The translations under genes and the position numbers were made by a program. Source: a virus. Taken from it: a DNA stretch of 64,000 nucleotides. The notes beneath the pieces were generated by a model, which did not search any database, was not told where the DNA came from, and saw only the letters and a program-made list of their open reading frames with translations. This document shows positions 16,245 to 24,867 of this stretch, in pieces. The DNA is taken from positions 64,001 through 128,000 of IMG/VR virus record IMGVR_UViG_3300045988_165974, one strand, 5' to 3'. The stretch's first letter is position 1. Each line of letters opens with the position of its first letter.

Positions 16245-17078
16245 ATGAATGAATTAATAAAAGTATTTAATTTTGAAGGAAAAGAATTAGAAGTATTAAT
16301 GTATAACAATGAAGCTCTATTTAATCCAAGAGATGTTGGAAGATGCTTAGAAATCTCTGATGTAACAGTTAGAAGACATATGCAAAATATGAATCAAAAA
16401 CAATTTATTAAGCTTACAAATTCAGATGTTCAAGATATGAACTTCCGAAAATTAAATAATGCAGGAGAAAACTTCTTAACAGAATCTGGTGTTTATAAGC
16501 TTATTTTTAAGTCCCATAAAGAATCCGCAGAGAAATTTCAAGACTGGATAACAGATGAAGTTCTTCCAAGTATAAGAAAACATGGAACATATATGACGGA
16601 TAATGTATTAGAACAAGCAATATCAAACCCAGATTTTTTAATAGGATTACTACAAAATTTAAAGGAAGAACAACAACAAAGAAAAATAGCAGAAGAAAAA
16701 GCTAAAGTATTAGAAATTGAAGTAGACCATAAAGAGGATGTTATTGTTGGTCTTTGTCAAGATATATCTTTAGCAGAAAAAAGACAAAGAATAAAACAAA
16801 TTATAAATCATAATTCAAACGGTAGATATTCAGACAGATATAATCTTTTATATAAAGAATTCCAAGACAAATACCACATAGATTTAAAAAGACGTATGAA
16901 TAATCTTGAAGTCAAATCAATTAATGAAAATAGACATCATGAATATATTAAAATTACATCAAAAATTAAAACTAATAAAATGGAATATATAGATAAAATA
17001 TTATGCATGATTCCTGAACTGTACGAAATCAGCTGCAAGATATTTGAAAACGATGTCGCAGAACTAATGAAAGAATAG
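16245..17078 (+). CDS. BRO-N domain antirepressor-like protein
   Basis: FNFEGKELEV...NNAGENFLTESGVYKLIFKSHKESAEKFQDWITDEVLPSIRKHG is typical of the BRO-N domain. ATG with a GGAGAAG RBS. Confidence 0.8.
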   Translation: MNELIKVFNFEGKELEVLMYNNEALFNPRDVGRCLEISDVTVRRHMQNMNQKQFIKLTNSDVQDMNFRKLNNAGENFLTESGVYKLIFKSHKESAEKFQDWITDEVLPSIRKHGTYMTDNVLEQAISNPDFLIGLLQNLKEEQQQRKIAEEKAKVLEIEVDHKEDVIVGLCQDISLAEKRQRIKQIINHNSNGRYSDRYNLLYKEFQDKYHIDLKRRMNNLEVKSINENRHHEYIKITSKIKTNKMEYIDKILCMIPELYEISCKIFENDVAELMKE

Positions 17079-17109
17079 GAAACAACAATAATATAAATTG
17101 GAGGACAAA

Positions 17110-17436
17110 ATGAGAAAAGAAATAACTAAAGAAGAATGGTTTCAATATGAATTAAAGGTACATTTTTCGGATGGAGCATACAGAAAAAGAACCTTAGAAA
17201 GATACAGCCCGTTAGACGAAGAGAATTTTTTATATTACCAAATGAAATTACCAATTTGGAAAATGGACACAGGAGAATATTACAATACGAATTTTATTAC
17301 ATCTATAGAAATTGGAATTAAAGATATTCAAAATGTAATTGGAGATTCAGAATTGGGCCTTGGATTATATGCAACGTTAGAAGGAATAGAGAAATATAAC
17401 GAGGAGGTTTTGAAAAAGAAAAAATGGCAATTTTAA
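17110..17436 (+). CDS. hypothetical protein
   Basis: ATG with a GGAGGA RBS, within track ORF 17098..17436. Confidence 0.55.
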   Translation: MRKEITKEEWFQYELKVHFSDGAYRKRTLERYSPLDEENFLYYQMKLPIWKMDTGEYYNTNFITSIEIGIKDIQNVIGDSELGLGLYATLEGIEKYNEEVLKKKKWQF

Positions 17437-18362
17437 CGATAACTCAAAAAGATTACGATTTAATTAAGATTAAAAAGGGGAAAAGAGGTTATACAACACT
17501 TGAAGATTTTTTAGATTATGGAAAAGAAAAATTTAATTTAGAAGAAGAAAGAATTAAAGGAATATTTTTTGAAAACATTCAAGCAAAAATTTCAGATTTA
17601 ATTTATTTAGATAATGAGAATAAATCAATTTGTGAAATTCATATAACTCATTGTGAAATAGAGAATATAAAATTAGAAGGAATCAAACATTTAAGAATAA
17701 AAAAATCTAAAATAGGAACAGTTTGTGCAGAAGAAATAAAAACAATAGGTCTTCTTAATTCAACAATTTTCTTTTTACAATTGTCTGAAAGTATTGTGAA
17801 CATAACTCTTTCAGATACTACAAATATAGGAACATTACATTTATTTTGTTGTATTTATAAAATTTTTACTGATTCTCCCTTCTGTACGCTAGAAAAGATT
17901 CATGTAGAAAATAGTTATGTTACAAATATATGTAGGAACACTTCTTTATTAATGAAGGAAAGTAAGAAAATAACTAATTGTGGAAACAATCTATATCCTA
18001 TAGTTCCAGAAACGGGTTCTTTTATTGGATACAAAAAAGCACTTAGTTGTATTACTCCAGGAAGACATTTTCCTGTAATTATAAAGCTGGAAATACAAGA
18101 AGATAGTTTAAGAAATTCTGCTTGTGGTAGAAAATGCAGAGCAAGTAAGGTAAAGGTTTTAGATATTTATAGTATTAAAGATAAAAATATAAAATACGAA
18201 ATTGCTTATAGTAAATTTGGTTTATGTTCCGAAAATTCATTAAAATATGAAATTGGGAAAATAGTTGAGCCAAATTCTTTTGAAGAAGACAGATGGATTG
18301 AGTGTGCTCCAGGTATTCATTTCTTTATAACAGAAGAAGAAGCAATAAATTATGATTTTTAG
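17424..18362 (+). CDS. repeat protein with a conserved C-terminal GIHFF-type domain (pentapeptide/DUF5758-like)
   Basis: C-terminal YEIGKIVEP...ECAPGIHFFITEEEAINY resembles the C-terminal domain found on phage and giant-virus pentapeptide-repeat proteins. Called from memory. Confidence 0.5.
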   Translation: MAILTITQKDYDLIKIKKGKRGYTTLEDFLDYGKEKFNLEEERIKGIFFENIQAKISDLIYLDNENKSICEIHITHCEIENIKLEGIKHLRIKKSKIGTVCAEEIKTIGLLNSTIFFLQLSESIVNITLSDTTNIGTLHLFCCIYKIFTDSPFCTLEKIHVENSYVTNICRNTSLLMKESKKITNCGNNLYPIVPETGSFIGYKKALSCITPGRHFPVIIKLEIQEDSLRNSACGRKCRASKVKVLDIYSIKDKNIKYEIAYSKFGLCSENSLKYEIGKIVEPNSFEEDRWIECAPGIHFFITEEEAINYDF

Positions 18363-18391
18363 TTGACAAACTTAAATAAAAAATATATAAT
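18363..18391 (+). promoter_or_regulatory. sigma-A type promoter
   Basis: TTGACA, 17-nt spacer, TATAAT. Confidence 0.65.
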
Positions 18392-18463
18392 GTATATATA
18401 TTCAATTAAATACTCTCCCCAGTATTTAGTTATCAATAATATATATCATTAATATATTCCTCA

Positions 18464-18495
18464 GACCCAAGAATTCCCCTTGGGTCCATTTTTTT
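18464..18495 (+). terminator. leader terminator/attenuator upstream of Rep-like copy 2
   Basis: Stem gacccaag/cttgggtc with loop aattccc, then a T7 run that abuts the AAGGAG RBS. Confidence 0.65.
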
Positions 18496-18509
18496 AAGGA
18501 GATGAACAG

Positions 18510-19445
18510 ATGCCAAACTACAAAAGAATTTACAAAGAAAATGAAACAGGAGGGCAAGATGTTATTGGTTATATAAAACCCAATGAAACAGTAAGAGTTG
18601 TAAAGAATCTAACTCCTCAACAAATAGCTATTATAAATCAAAAAGACGAACTTAAAGAGCATTGTAGAGAATTAGGTGGATTTATTCATGTTTGTTATGT
18701 AAAAAATGAATTGCTATTTAATAATTTAAATTTAACAAGACCCACAATCACGAGACTAATTTACTTAGCTACATATATTGATTATAATAACAGGGATTCA
18801 AATTTATTAGTAAAATACGGAAAGAATCACAAATTAGAACCATTGAAGAAAAAAGATATAGAAAATCTAATGAGACTTTCAAACCCATCTTTTCTTAAAT
18901 TTTTTAATGAAATAAAAGAAAAGGGAATATTATTTGAAGACAATAAGAAATATTATTTATCAAATAAATATTTTTCTAAAGGGCAAAGTATTTATAAAAA
19001 GAAAGAATATACTAGAATTTTTATTGACTCTACCAGATTTTTCTATCAAAATTCAACTAGTAGGCAACACACACAATTGTCATATGTTTTTCAATTAATT
19101 CCATTTTTGCATTACGAAACAAATATTTTATGTAGAAATCCAGATGAACTAGATATAGATAATTTAGATATATTATCTTTGAGGGATATATGTGAATTAC
19201 TTAAAATTAAAACAAGCTACGAACAAATGAGTAGAGTTGAAAATTCTTTATTAAAATTCAAGTTAATATTTAACGATAAAAAATACCATTTATTTAAAAG
19301 AATAATAGTCAAAGGAGAAGATGAAAAAGTAGATTATTTTATAACTAATCCGCTATTGATTTGGAAAGGAAGTGATGTGGATAAAAACAAAGAAACTATT
19401 GAAAAATTGTATTTTTCTAACAAAAAGAACAAGGTTTCACACTAA
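18510..19445 (+). CDS. Rep-like/replisome-organiser-like protein (paralog family copy 2)
   Basis: Paralog of 9621..10577. Confidence 0.5.
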   Translation: MPNYKRIYKENETGGQDVIGYIKPNETVRVVKNLTPQQIAIINQKDELKEHCRELGGFIHVCYVKNELLFNNLNLTRPTITRLIYLATYIDYNNRDSNLLVKYGKNHKLEPLKKKDIENLMRLSNPSFLKFFNEIKEKGILFEDNKKYYLSNKYFSKGQSIYKKKEYTRIFIDSTRFFYQNSTSRQHTQLSYVFQLIPFLHYETNILCRNPDELDIDNLDILSLRDICELLKIKTSYEQMSRVENSLLKFKLIFNDKKYHLFKRIIVKGEDEKVDYFITNPLLIWKGSDVDKNKETIEKLYFSNKKNKVSH

Positions 19446-19482
19446 GTTTTGAAAAATAGCCTAAAACCTCACACTAAATTTT
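19437..19482. repeat. two direct repeats TCACACTAAnTTTT
   Basis: Copies at 19437-19450 and 19469-19482, at and just after the 3' end of Rep-like copy 2. Confidence 0.5.
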
Positions 19483-19542
19483 ATGTTAAAAACAGTTAAT
19501 TAGATAGAAAAATATAACCAGATAGTATATTTTTTATTGCTC

Positions 19543-19572
19543 GACTGTTATTATTATTAGACTACATACTAC
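19543..19572. repeat. conserved block GACTGTTATTATTA(TTA)GAC(T)ACAnACTAC, copy 1
   Basis: Matches 54727..54750, which lies downstream of the Rep-like remnant. Confidence 0.55.
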
Positions 19573-19613
19573 TAAACCATTCATACAGTATAATATTTTT
19601 AAGGAGGAAAATT

Positions 19614-20579
19614 ATGAATAAATTTTTAAAAGAAATTGAGAAAACAAATAAAATAGCCTTATTAACTTACGGAGGTAGCTATGCATATGGAACAAATGTA
19701 GAGGGCTCTGACATTGATTTAAGGGGCATATTTTTACCATCTAAATTAGAAATACTATCTATGACTTGCTGCGACAAGGCTCTTACGGATAATGAAACAG
19801 ATACTGTTATGTATCCCTTAAAACAAATGATTCAATTATTATGTAATGCAAATCCTAATACAATTGAAATATTAGGGACTAGAGAACAGGATATATTTAA
19901 GATATCTAAAGAGGGACAAATGCTTAAAGATAATGTAGATTTATTTTTAACAAAAGGAAAAGTTCATTCTGCACTCTTAGGATATGCTCAAAATCAATTG
20001 AGAAGATTAAAAAATGCAATAGCTCGAGATGATTTAGAACAGACAGAAAAAGAGAAACATATTTTACAGTCTGTTGAAAAGAGAATGTCTACTTTCGAGC
20101 AATCATATGCTCCAATAACAAACGGAGAATTAAAGCTGCACATAGAAAAATCAAATAAAGAAGATTTAGAAGAGGAAATTATGATAGACATGTGCTTAAA
20201 AAATTATCCATTACGAGACTGTAAAAAAATGTTAGATGAAATGGCAATAACCTTAAAACAATATGGAAAATTAAATCACAGAAATAAAAAGAAAGACGAA
20301 CAACATCTTCTGAAACATTCTATGCACCTTGTGAGACTTTATTTAATGGGAATTGATATATTACAAGGAAATGGAATTAAAACTTACAGAGAGGACGACA
20401 GGGAGTTATTATTAGATATTAGAAATGGCAAATATTCTTATGAACAAATTTATAATATGGCAGAAAAATTAGAAGAAGAATTTAAAGATGCATTACAGAC
20501 AAGCAGCTTACCTGAGAAATTAGATTATGATAAAATAAATAATTTAGTTGCAGAAATAAACAAACAAATATTGAAATAA
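19614..20579 (+). CDS. Pol-beta superfamily nucleotidyltransferase
   Basis: N-terminal GGSYAYGTNVEGSDIDLRGIF (G-S...D-x-D NTase motif). Confidence 0.7.
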   Translation: MNKFLKEIEKTNKIALLTYGGSYAYGTNVEGSDIDLRGIFLPSKLEILSMTCCDKALTDNETDTVMYPLKQMIQLLCNANPNTIEILGTREQDIFKISKEGQMLKDNVDLFLTKGKVHSALLGYAQNQLRRLKNAIARDDLEQTEKEKHILQSVEKRMSTFEQSYAPITNGELKLHIEKSNKEDLEEEIMIDMCLKNYPLRDCKKMLDEMAITLKQYGKLNHRNKKKDEQHLLKHSMHLVRLYLMGIDILQGNGIKTYREDDRELLLDIRNGKYSYEQIYNMAEKLEEEFKDALQTSSLPEKLDYDKINNLVAEINKQILK

Positions 20580-20604
20580 AAATATTATTTTTTTAGAAAT
20601 CCAC

Positions 20605-20633
20605 TTGATAGTTTAATATAAAAATGCTATTAT
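20605..20633 (+). promoter_or_regulatory. sigma-A type promoter
   Basis: TTGATA, 17-nt spacer, TATTAT. Confidence 0.5.
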
Positions 20634-20658
20634 TTATGTATGTAGAGGGGGTTATAAA

Positions 20659-20916
20659 ATGAGAATGACAAGTAGAAGATTCAATAATATGGTTAAGAAA
20701 GTCATCGAAAGAAAAAAAGATAAATTAAAGGACTACAGAGTTGACGATGTTGCTTTTTATAATGTAAACATCAGAAAACAATATAAAAAAGACGAATATG
20801 AAATTATCGTATCTGTTGATGAAATAGAAGTACCAAATATACTTATTCGTGATATCGTAGAAGAAACAGCAGAAATATTAGGGATTAAGGTATATCGAAT
20901 ATTAGTAGAATTATAA
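20659..20916 (+). CDS. hypothetical protein
   Basis: ORF track; GAGGGGG RBS. Confidence 0.55.
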   Translation: MRMTSRRFNNMVKKVIERKKDKLKDYRVDDVAFYNVNIRKQYKKDEYEIIVSVDEIEVPNILIRDIVEETAEILGIKVYRILVEL

Positions 20917-20923
20917 AAGTAAG

Positions 20924-20946
20924 GAGGAGATTTTCTCCTCTTTATT
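20924..20946 (+). terminator. terminator-like hairpin
   Basis: Stem gaggag/ctcctc followed by a short T tract. Confidence 0.45.
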
Positions 20947-20957
20947 AAAAAAAGAAG

Positions 20958-20986
20958 TTGACATATTATTATAAAAATGCTAATAT
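20958..20986 (+). promoter_or_regulatory. sigma-A type promoter
   Basis: TTGACA, 17-nt spacer, TAATAT. Confidence 0.6.
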
Positions 20987-21010
20987 ATAAATATACAAGG
21001 GAGGTTGAAA

Positions 21011-21961
21011 ATGCTAAAACTTATAACTCATAATGATTTAGATGGAGTTGGGTGTGGGATTATTGCAAGCTACATACTAGGGAATGGAATAGACATAAGT
21101 TATTGCAGTAATCATCAGGTCGATAAAGTTTTTTCAGATACATTATCTAGTGGAGAATATGAAATGATAATTTTAACAGATGTAAGTATCAATAAAGAAA
21201 ATGCAGAAAAAGTTAAAGAATCAGATATGAATGTTCTTTTATTAGACCATCATCCAACTGCACTTTGGTTAAATGAATATCCGTTTGCTAAAGTTCTTAT
21301 AGGAGATACAGATGGAACAAAGACTTGTGGAACTCAATTATTTGCAAGTTTCCTTTATCAATCAATGGAGGAAGATAAAGATTTCCACAAAGGTAGAAAA
21401 ATGTTTGAAATGGTTACAAATAAAGTTCTTTGGAAATTTGTAAAACTAGTAACCTATTGGGACACATGGCAATGGAAAGAAGAAAATATATTAGAAGCAA
21501 AAGAGCTTAATATGTTATTTGACATTTATGGACTTGAAGAATTTTCAAAGTTAATTAAAAAGAAATTTGAAAACTATGAACTATATGGAGACGATTCTAG
21601 TTTCTTTGGAATGGCAGAAAGGCATGTATTAAAATTAAGACAAAGAGAAATAGATGATTTGTTCAAAAAGAAAAACAAATCACTAAAGAAAACTAAATTC
21701 GAAGGTTATAATGTTGGAGTTATATTCTGTGATAGATTTTATTCAGAAATAGGAAATAGAATTTGTGAAGAGAATTCTGACATAGATTTTGTAGTTATGT
21801 TACAAGACCATACTACAAGCCTTAGAGGTATAGATAAAGTTAATTTAGGAGATATCGCCAAAAAATATGGTGGTGGAGGACATAATAATGCCGCAGGATT
21901 CCCAATTGGTGCGGTAAATTTTATAGATGAAATATTGGGTGATATGAATGATTTCTTATAA
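21011..21961 (+). CDS. DHH/DHHA1 phosphoesterase (NrnA-like)
   Basis: HNDLDGVGCG, LLLDHHP and GGGHNNAAGF motifs. ATG with a GGGAGG RBS. Confidence 0.8.
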   Translation: MLKLITHNDLDGVGCGIIASYILGNGIDISYCSNHQVDKVFSDTLSSGEYEMIILTDVSINKENAEKVKESDMNVLLLDHHPTALWLNEYPFAKVLIGDTDGTKTCGTQLFASFLYQSMEEDKDFHKGRKMFEMVTNKVLWKFVKLVTYWDTWQWKEENILEAKELNMLFDIYGLEEFSKLIKKKFENYELYGDDSSFFGMAERHVLKLRQREIDDLFKKKNKSLKKTKFEGYNVGVIFCDRFYSEIGNRICEENSDIDFVVMLQDHTTSLRGIDKVNLGDIAKKYGGGGHNNAAGFPIGAVNFIDEILGDMNDFL

Positions 21962-22514
21962 GGTTGCATTTACTGGACATAGACCAAATGGTTTATATGG
22001 GTATGATATGAATGCCTATAAATATATTGAATTAGAACTTAAAATTGAGCAAATTATCAGATGGTTAATTCAAAAGTATGGTTCTAATGATTTTTATACA
22101 GGTGGAGCTTTAGGATTTGATACACTTGTAGCAAAAATCTTAATAAACTTTAGAAAAAATGAATATCCAAATATTCAAGATTATGTATGTGTTCCTTTTA
22201 AAGAGCAATATAAGGCTTGGAGTAAAGAACAAATAAAAGAATGGTTATATATTGTAAATAATTGTTATAAATCATTTGCAATTGATACAATAGAAGGTTA
22301 TACTTGTAATAAGGCAGAAATTGGAAAATATCATCCATATAAAATGGAATTAAGAAACCAATATATGGTAGATAATTGCGATATTCTTATTGCTTGTTGG
22401 AATGAGGAGAAACATGGAGGAACTTACAACTGTGTTAGATATGCTTTAGAGAATAATAAAAAAGTTTTAGTCATAAACCCTCAAACCTTAAAAACAAATA
22501 AAATTAACTTTTAG
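21948..22514 (+). CDS. SLOG/DUF1273-like protein
   Basis: AFTGHRPNGLYGYD...YTGGALGFDTL resembles the YoqJ/DUF1273 SLOG family. Called from memory. Confidence 0.55.
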   Translation: MISYKVAFTGHRPNGLYGYDMNAYKYIELELKIEQIIRWLIQKYGSNDFYTGGALGFDTLVAKILINFRKNEYPNIQDYVCVPFKEQYKAWSKEQIKEWLYIVNNCYKSFAIDTIEGYTCNKAEIGKYHPYKMELRNQYMVDNCDILIACWNEEKHGGTYNCVRYALENNKKVLVINPQTLKTNKINF

Positions 22515-22528
22515 GAGGAGACAAAGAA

Positions 22529-23035
22529 ATGGAAGTTTACAAATTATTAGAAAAAGGAATTGGAAGTTTCCCAGGAGATAATGGGACAGAATGGATGAAT
22601 AAAGAATTCGCCCTTATACACAAAGGAGCTATAGCTACTACATTATTTGGGCCACTAGAGTCATCTGATGCAGAATTATTTGGAATTTCAGAACTTACAT
22701 TCAAAAATCACTTTGTAAGAACTGGAGAAACAAATAATCCAATAGTAGAAAAAATAGCAACAATGTATAAAGAAATTTCAACAGATATAGAAAAAGATAT
22801 ATTGTCTGATATGTTAAAAACAAAATTAGAAATATCTGATAAAGAAGAAAAGAAAAAGGAAACAGTAAATAAGAGTTTAGATTTCTTAGACTTTTTAAAT
22901 AAAATATTTGATGTAGATACTGATTCAGATGAAGAATGTGATGTAGATATAGAAGAAAGATTAGACAGAATGGAGCAAAAATTAGATAGAATAGAATCTG
23001 TAATAGATAGAATTGCAGCTTTCTGTAAGCTATAA
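22529..23035 (+). CDS. hypothetical protein with acidic C-terminal half
   Basis: ORF track; GGAGGAG RBS. Confidence 0.55.
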   Translation: MEVYKLLEKGIGSFPGDNGTEWMNKEFALIHKGAIATTLFGPLESSDAELFGISELTFKNHFVRTGETNNPIVEKIATMYKEISTDIEKDILSDMLKTKLEISDKEEKKKETVNKSLDFLDFLNKIFDVDTDSDEECDVDIEERLDRMEQKLDRIESVIDRIAAFCKL

Positions 23036-23046
23036 GATGTTTTCTA

Positions 23047-23076
23047 GGTAACTAAAATTTTAGTTACCATTTTTTT
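23047..23076 (+). terminator. rho-independent terminator
   Basis: Stem ggtaacta/tagttacc followed by a T7 run. Confidence 0.7.
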
Positions 23077-23086
23077 ATAAATTAAG

Positions 23087-23115
23087 TTGACATACTGATA
23101 TAAAAAATATATAAT
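23087..23115 (+). promoter_or_regulatory. sigma-A type promoter
   Basis: TTGACA, 17-nt spacer, TATAAT. Confidence 0.65.
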
Positions 23116-23145
23116 TAATATATAAAGATTGGAAGGAGGGCAAAA

Positions 23146-23943
23146 ATGTTAAAAGTTTTATATTGTAATGAAAACTTAATAATAGATTCTTTAGCAGAAA
23201 GCTTAGTCATAGGGGGATTGCCTATGTATGATAAAGTTCCTACTAAAGAAGGACTAGAAGATGAAATACAATCTTTAAAATGGAAATTAAAAGTTATATG
23301 GAAAAATAAAGTATATTTTACTTTCAATAAGGAAGTAAAACAAATAAGACTTAATAAATCTATTTTAGATATGGATTTAAATTATTTATCTAATGAATTT
23401 GGGATTGTAGGAATAAATTTAGAACAAAAAATGGACAAAATAAATTCAATATGTGAATCCTTAGATGTATATTGTAAAAGAGGTAGAACATTAGGTAATG
23501 TTTCAGTAGGAAGTGGGCATAATTCTTTATTTAAAGGGGTTCAATTTAACATGATTATTAACTTCCCATTATATTGGCTAAAGGAACTACAGAGGTATCA
23601 TTTTACAGATATAATATCAAGCCAATCTACTATGCATAAAGTTTTAAAATTTAATTTAAACGATATGTTTAGTGATGAAGTTGACCCAAGATGTATTGCA
23701 GTTATTGAAGATTTAAAAGAAAAATATAATATGGAATCAGATAAAGATAAGAAAAAACAAATATGGAGAAGAATTATTAACAGTTTGCCAGATGGGTTTA
23801 GTATGGCAATGGGCATCACAATGAATTATTTACAATTAACAACTATGATTCCCCAAAGAGAAAAACATAAGCTAAGTGAATGGTCCGAAGATTTAATTCC
23901 TTTCTTTAAATCTTTACCATATTATGATTTCTTTATACAATAA
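23146..23943 (+). CDS. ThyX-like protein with a divergent active-site motif
   Basis: LQRYHFTDIISSQSTMH aligns to the ThyX RHRxxSxxxQSxR signature but reads RYH. The C-terminal N-YLQL...PQREKHKLSEWSE resembles the ThyX helix N-R...LR...AQWEIR. Confidence 0.5.
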   Translation: MLKVLYCNENLIIDSLAESLVIGGLPMYDKVPTKEGLEDEIQSLKWKLKVIWKNKVYFTFNKEVKQIRLNKSILDMDLNYLSNEFGIVGINLEQKMDKINSICESLDVYCKRGRTLGNVSVGSGHNSLFKGVQFNMIINFPLYWLKELQRYHFTDIISSQSTMHKVLKFNLNDMFSDEVDPRCIAVIEDLKEKYNMESDKDKKKQIWRRIINSLPDGFSMAMGITMNYLQLTTMIPQREKHKLSEWSEDLIPFFKSLPYYDFFIQ

Positions 23944-23980
23944 ATAAAAAATATTTAGAAAGAAATTAGGAGGTAAAAAA

Positions 23981-24844
23981 ATGGCAAAAGTAAACATGAA
24001 GTCAACAAAAGCAGAAATATTTGAAAAATTACAAGAAGTTGAAAAGCAACTTGAAGTAGAAAGAAACTCTAAGAAAACAGCAGTAGATGTAGCTCAAGAA
24101 AAAGTTGCTACAGAAAGAAAAGTAAAAGCGAATAACCTAGTAGGGAAAGAAATTCTTTCACAAGAAATAATAGACGGATATAATGCTTTAAAAGAAGAAG
24201 AAGTGTCTATAAAGAAAAGAATAAAAGATTTATATGACATAGAAGTTAATTTAAATACTTTAGATGCTTTAAAAATAGTACATAAAGAAGAACTAGAAAA
24301 ACATAAAGCAGAATTAGAATCTATTAACGAAGAAATAAAAACTTCAAAACTTGAAACTCAAAGAGAAAGAGAAGAGGAAGAAAAAGAATATATATTCCAA
24401 AGAGATAAAAAGAGAAAAGCAGAACAAAGAGAATATGAAACTCAAAAGACAGAAAGAGAAATTGCTATCAGAGAAAAAGAAAGAGCAGTTGAAGTTAGGG
24501 AAAATGACATAGCAAATAAAGAAGAAGAAATTTCTAATTTATATAAAGAAATAACAGAGTTAAAACTTCTTGCAGAAGAAAAATACAAAGAAGGTTTAGA
24601 AAAAGGTAAGAAAGACGAATCTAAATCAAATGTGTTTGAAAAGAGAACTTTAGAAAATAAACATAGTGCTGAAATAGAAAAAATGCAAAATAAAATAGAA
24701 ATCTTAGAAGATAGCTTATCAACTGAAAAACAAAGAAATGTAGATTTATCTTCTAAGTTAGATAAAGCTTATGAAAAAATAAATAATACTGCTTTAGAAG
24801 TCGCTAAAAACTCAGGGACTAAAATCTTAAATGACAATAAATAA
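23981..24844 (+). CDS. coiled-coil K/E-rich protein
   Basis: ORF track; GGAGG RBS. Confidence 0.55.
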   Translation: MAKVNMKSTKAEIFEKLQEVEKQLEVERNSKKTAVDVAQEKVATERKVKANNLVGKEILSQEIIDGYNALKEEEVSIKKRIKDLYDIEVNLNTLDALKIVHKEELEKHKAELESINEEIKTSKLETQREREEEEKEYIFQRDKKRKAEQREYETQKTEREIAIREKERAVEVRENDIANKEEEISNLYKEITELKLLAEEKYKEGLEKGKKDESKSNVFEKRTLENKHSAEIEKMQNKIEILEDSLSTEKQRNVDLSSKLDKAYEKINNTALEVAKNSGTKILNDNK

Positions 24845-24867
24845 TATTTAGATGGGAGCTGATATAT

